From positions 1 to 36,604 of the IMG/VR virus record IMGVR_UViG_3300047300_000283: a stretch of 36,604 nt of DNA; one strand, given 5' to 3'. Numbering within the stretch: position 1 is the stretch's first letter; each line of letters starts with the position of its first letter. The DNA is from a virus. Taxonomy: Duplodnaviria > Caudoviricetes. Both the position numbers and the translations under genes were made by a program. Positions 33,722 to 36,604 of the stretch are shown here, piece by piece. Below the pieces are notes generated by a model that saw only the letters and a program-made list of their open reading frames with translations, ran no database searches and had not been told where the DNA came from.

Positions 33722-33993
33722 CTCAGAGCGGGTTAGCTAATAGGCCAATGTCGGGGCCGTACTCAAGAAACCGATGCCGCTATATGACCCCCGGCGGCGT
33801 GGCGTTCCGTAGCGACCACAAAAACGAGCAAGCAAACCGACACTCAGCGATTGGCCCACGAAACGGGTGCTCGACAATTGAATACGGCATCAAGTGAGCA
33901 GTGGGCTAATTTTGGTTTTTTTACCTTTTTTAGTTGGCTGAGAGATTCATCAAGACGGTACAACTGGGTACAGGTCGGGAGTCTCGGGGGTCA
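33722..33993 (+). ncRNA. Candidate large structured (pseudoknotted) ncRNA
   Basis: Several long-range complementary segments (listed in findings) and no credible ORF. Confidence 0.5.
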
Positions 33994-34014
33994 CCTATGA
34001 CTAAAAATAAAAAG

Positions 34015-34058
34015 TAAGGGAAAACACCGATGCAAAAACTCATAAAGCTGTGGACAAT
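34015..34058 (+). promoter_or_regulatory. Promoter E: TAAGGGAAAACACCGAT box plus TGTG-GACAAT -10 (leaderless)
   Basis: Same 40-nt spacing from GGG to the -10 end as promoter A. ATG follows 7 nt later. Confidence 0.55.
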
Positions 34059-34065
34059 CTAAGGC

Positions 34066-34332
34066 ATGAAACCAACACGCCAACAGACAATCAGAAAGCT
34101 ACTGTTGCAAAAACCAGACGGTTTGACAATTGCTCAGTTGCACGAAATAACAGGATTTCACCGATCAAACATCAATACTGCAATCAAGGGTATGCCTGAT
34201 GTTTACATTGACCGATGGGTAAAGAGAGAGCGCGGTGCTTACAAGAAGGTGTTTTGCGCTGTGTATGTTCCTGATGATTGTCCACATCCTGACAACCCTA
34301 CAAAGCCAAAAACGGTCTGGAGGGTGATATGA
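34066..34332 (+). CDS. Winged helix-turn-helix protein
   Basis: IR.LL...PDGLT..QL...TG......I..MPDVYIDRW pattern. Confidence 0.75.
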   Translation: MKPTRQQTIRKLLLQKPDGLTIAQLHEITGFHRSNINTAIKGMPDVYIDRWVKRERGAYKKVFCAVYVPDDCPHPDNPTKPKTVWRVI

Positions 34333-34517
34333 CCCGCACTTATGCGATGAAGCGACTGTTAGAGCATGGTGAGTTAACAAGCAAAGAGTTAATTGAGATA
34401 ACGGGCTGGAAATCAAAACAAGTGTGGGCAACCATTCAACGGCTTCAGAAGACGAATATTCTTAGGAAGTATCCAAAAATGAAGTGGGGTCTGATTGACC
34501 TGAAACCTTATCCATGA
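34329..34517 (+). CDS. Winged helix-turn-helix protein
   Basis: LLEHGELTSKELIEITGW....V...IQRL pattern. Its 3' end is repeated at window positions 1-78. Confidence 0.75.
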   Translation: MTRTYAMKRLLEHGELTSKELIEITGWKSKQVWATIQRLQKTNILRKYPKMKWGLIDLKPYP

Positions 34518-34720
34518 CACGCAAAGCAGTAAGCAATCAAAGCGACAGATACATGATTGAACTTGGCGAGGCCAGAGTGCTTTTTCGCACTTACGAGGCA
34601 ACAGGCAAGAAGGTTTTGACACCTGTTCGCATTGAGTGGCTTGAGCGCACCTATGGCACTGGGTCTGTGGAGCGCATTAAGTCGTTTATGGTGAAACTAC
34701 AAAAAGGAGAACTGGAATGA
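34514..34720 (+). CDS. Hypothetical phage protein (second copy of 75..281)
   Basis: 67 of 68 residues identical. Confidence 0.85.
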   Translation: MTRKAVSNQSDRYMIELGEARVLFRTYEATGKKVLTPVRIEWLERTYGTGSVERIKSFMVKLQKGELE

Positions 34721-35421
34721 CTCCACTGATAAACAGAATGGTCAGAATAACTCCAGACCCAGAATTGGCTCAATGGTTCGATATGGGTGACACCAGTGAG
34801 CGACCTGATGGCCACATTCCTGACGCTGAGATGTTTCTCCTTCCCTACAAGATTTGTTGCGTGGTTGGCAAACAAAGCAATGGGACTGCGTTTGTATTGC
34901 GTTTGCAAACTTCAGATTCGGCAGAATCCTTGTCCGTAGCAGGTTTTGTTGTTGGACAAAGTGATGAATGGAAACACGCAATAGAGCCGTTTCTGGTTGC
35001 GCGAACAGACAAAGGGTTGCAAATATCCACACATGATGGAAGCGACCCAACAGAAAATAGCGAATGGAAAGCAGTATTGCAGCACGTTGAGGATTTCTTG
35101 TTGTCCCTTCAGCAAACACGCACTTGCTACACACCAACCCCAAGGAAATCGCTTATTAACAGCAAACGGGCATCCAAAGGAAAGGGGCCAGTGTTGTTTG
35201 ACTGGCACACGGTTGAGATTAAGCCACCTCAGACAAAGAACGACCCACAAGGAGGAACACACGCAAGCCCGAGAAGGCATCAAGCTCGTGGCTATTGGCG
35301 CACCTATAAGTCTGGCAAGCGTGGTTGGGTTAAAGAATCATGGAGAGGTGACGCAAGCAAAGGCTCAGTTTTTAAGGACTACAAAATAAAGGAACAAGAT
35401 GAGATACGCTGCCAGAGTTGA
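34717..35421 (+). CDS. Hypothetical protein with C-terminal HASPRRH..RG.WR motif
   Basis: 234-aa ATGA-coupled ORF. GGTHASPRRHQARGYWR...GK..WVK..W.GD...G.V.KDY motif. Confidence 0.8.
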   Translation: MTPLINRMVRITPDPELAQWFDMGDTSERPDGHIPDAEMFLLPYKICCVVGKQSNGTAFVLRLQTSDSAESLSVAGFVVGQSDEWKHAIEPFLVARTDKGLQISTHDGSDPTENSEWKAVLQHVEDFLLSLQQTRTCYTPTPRKSLINSKRASKGKGPVLFDWHTVEIKPPQTKNDPQGGTHASPRRHQARGYWRTYKSGKRGWVKESWRGDASKGSVFKDYKIKEQDEIRCQS

Positions 35422-35665
35422 TGCAAACCAAGCACAGATTGTCTCGGCACTAAGAGCCGCTGGCGCTTATGTCTGGATTATCGGCTTGCCTGTTGACCTT
35501 TTAGTTGGCTACAACGAACAGACATTCTTGGTTGAAATCAAGATTGGCCCCAAAAAGCGTTTAACGAAGCTACAGCAAGACTTTTTTGAAAATTGGTCTG
35601 GTAGTACGTTAGCAAGGATTGATGGCCCTGAAGCGGCTTTAAGAATGATTGGTGTTGCCAAGTGA
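35399..35665 (+). CDS. VRR-NUC-like PD-(D/E)xK nuclease
   Basis: RVDANQ..IV..LR..G, PVDLLVGY, LVEIK, LT..Q..F motifs. Confidence 0.82.
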   Translation: MRYAARVDANQAQIVSALRAAGAYVWIIGLPVDLLVGYNEQTFLVEIKIGPKKRLTKLQQDFFENWSGSTLARIDGPEAALRMIGVAK

Positions 35666-36084
35666 AAGTCACACTTCATAACGCCCAACAGGGGTACACG
35701 GCAATCACAGAGGTCTGGCAGAAGGCCAAGCCTTATCTGATGGCTAATAACAAGCTGATTTTGACCTTGGAAGAAGAAAAGCGCAGCCTTCCTCAAAATC
35801 GAATTATGTGGAGCATCTTGACCGATCTAGCAAATCAAGTTGCTTGGCATGGTCAAAAGCTGACCAAAGAAGAATACAAGGACTTGCTGACTGCTGGCCT
35901 GAAGAAGCAAAGAGCCATTCCCGGAATTGAAGGTGGCTTTGTTGTTCTTGGAACATCAACCAGCAAGATGACTAAACAAGAGATGACAGACCTGATAACG
36001 CTTGCTCACGCTTTTGGTGATGAGCGTGGTGTTAAGTGGTCGTCCACAAGTATTGGATCGCAAGATGATGTTTCCGAAGCATAA
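35662..36084 (+). CDS. ninB: NinB/Orf family protein (diverged second allele of 915..1322)
   Basis: Co-linear and highly similar to the first copy. GTG start. Confidence 0.92.
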   Translation: MKVTLHNAQQGYTAITEVWQKAKPYLMANNKLILTLEEEKRSLPQNRIMWSILTDLANQVAWHGQKLTKEEYKDLLTAGLKKQRAIPGIEGGFVVLGTSTSKMTKQEMTDLITLAHAFGDERGVKWSSTSIGSQDDVSEA

Positions 36085-36394
36085 ATACATCCGAAGCAAA
36101 AAGCTGTTGGAGGCCGCTAGGCAAATACCTTGCCAGCACTGTGGCGCTGATGACGGTACAGTGGTTGCTGCCCACACAAATTGGGGTGGCGGTAAGGGTA
36201 GAGGAATTAAAGCCGATGACAACCTGATCGCAAGCCTTTGCTTTGCCTGTCACAGCCAGCTTGACCAAGGTTCAGCAATGAGTAAGGAAGACCGCATTGC
36301 CTTATGGTCAAACGCTCACTTTCTGACTGTCAAAGTTTTGCAAGTTGAAGGGCTGTGGCCTGATGATGTTCCATTACCTAAGGGTTTGTCCTAA
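36065..36394 (+). CDS. YbcO/DUF1364/DUF968-like Zn nuclease-domain protein
   Basis: RSKKLL.AAR..PCQ.CG, TVVAAH, KG.GIKADD, LC..CH..LD motifs. Start at 36065 or 36068. Confidence 0.78.
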   Translation: MMFPKHKYIRSKKLLEAARQIPCQHCGADDGTVVAAHTNWGGGKGRGIKADDNLIASLCFACHSQLDQGSAMSKEDRIALWSNAHFLTVKVLQVEGLWPDDVPLPKGLS

Positions 36395-36448
36395 TGCGTA
36401 AACCGATAAATCTGTGGAAAATTACTTTGTCAACAACAGGAGATGTCC

Positions 36449-36604
36449 ATGAACTACCAAGCCATTGCAACCGCAATGCGAGATGAAATAAACGACCCAA
36501 AGCCTTGCTATATGCCAAACAGCCCTGCGGCATTTGTCCGTGACCGACTGTTTCAACAAGGCCGATGGGAAGACGCTACTTGGTTTTGGGGTTGCGTATG
36601 CCGA
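36449..36604 (+). CDS. Partial second copy of 1650..1904 (truncated by the window end)
   Basis: Identical apart from the EIANPLKC vs EINDPKPC patch. Confidence 0.8.
   Translation, partial: MNYQAIATAMRDEINDPKPCYMPNSPAAFVRDRLFQQGRWEDATWFWGCVCR

Noticed and set aside
33604-33897. 97-aa GTG ORF across the structured region
   Set aside because: No SD, it runs through a terminator-like stem, and the composition is not protein-like. The base-pairing pattern is better explained as RNA structure.
1-36604. Integrated prophage or lysogeny module
   Set aside because: No integrase, att-flanked host genes, partition genes or CI-like repressor were recognised, and the ends overlap as in a circularly permuted phage contig.

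Overview
The window is an essentially complete ~34.4-34.8 kb tailed-phage genome with a P22-like podovirus morphogenesis module and a lambdoid-type recombination/nin region. A Gram-negative host is indicated by the Rz/Rz1 spanins; a betaproteobacterial host is only my guess. Gene order: nin-like/accessory genes (1-4.9 kb); small basic proteins and an ADP-ribosyltransferase-like gene; TerS, TerL, portal, scaffold and capsid; adaptor, tail hub and three ejection proteins; a tail-fibre/cupin cassette; a large lysis cassette (Rz/Rz1, GH19 endolysin); a leftward operon (DUF3310, MazG-like, HNH, SSB, ERF); a rightward HTH/replication operon; then a second, different version of the nin-like region. 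I saw no integrase, CI-type repressor, helicase, polymerase, tRNA or CRISPR array. Most notable observations: (i) a ~400-nt non-coding, densely base-paired locus (c4-like antisense element plus a pseudoknot-rich ~270-nt RNA candidate) directly behind a replication protein that lacks its usual DNA-binding domain; (ii) a second c4-like RNA that targets the ribosome-binding site of an HNH endonuclease; (iii) five promoters sharing a TA(A)GGG...CCTA-type box near -42 instead of a -35 element; (iv) the two window ends carry alternative alleles of one locus (RusA vs VRR-NUC, Ref vs YbcO-like). All protein family calls come from motif recognition by eye, not from database searches.
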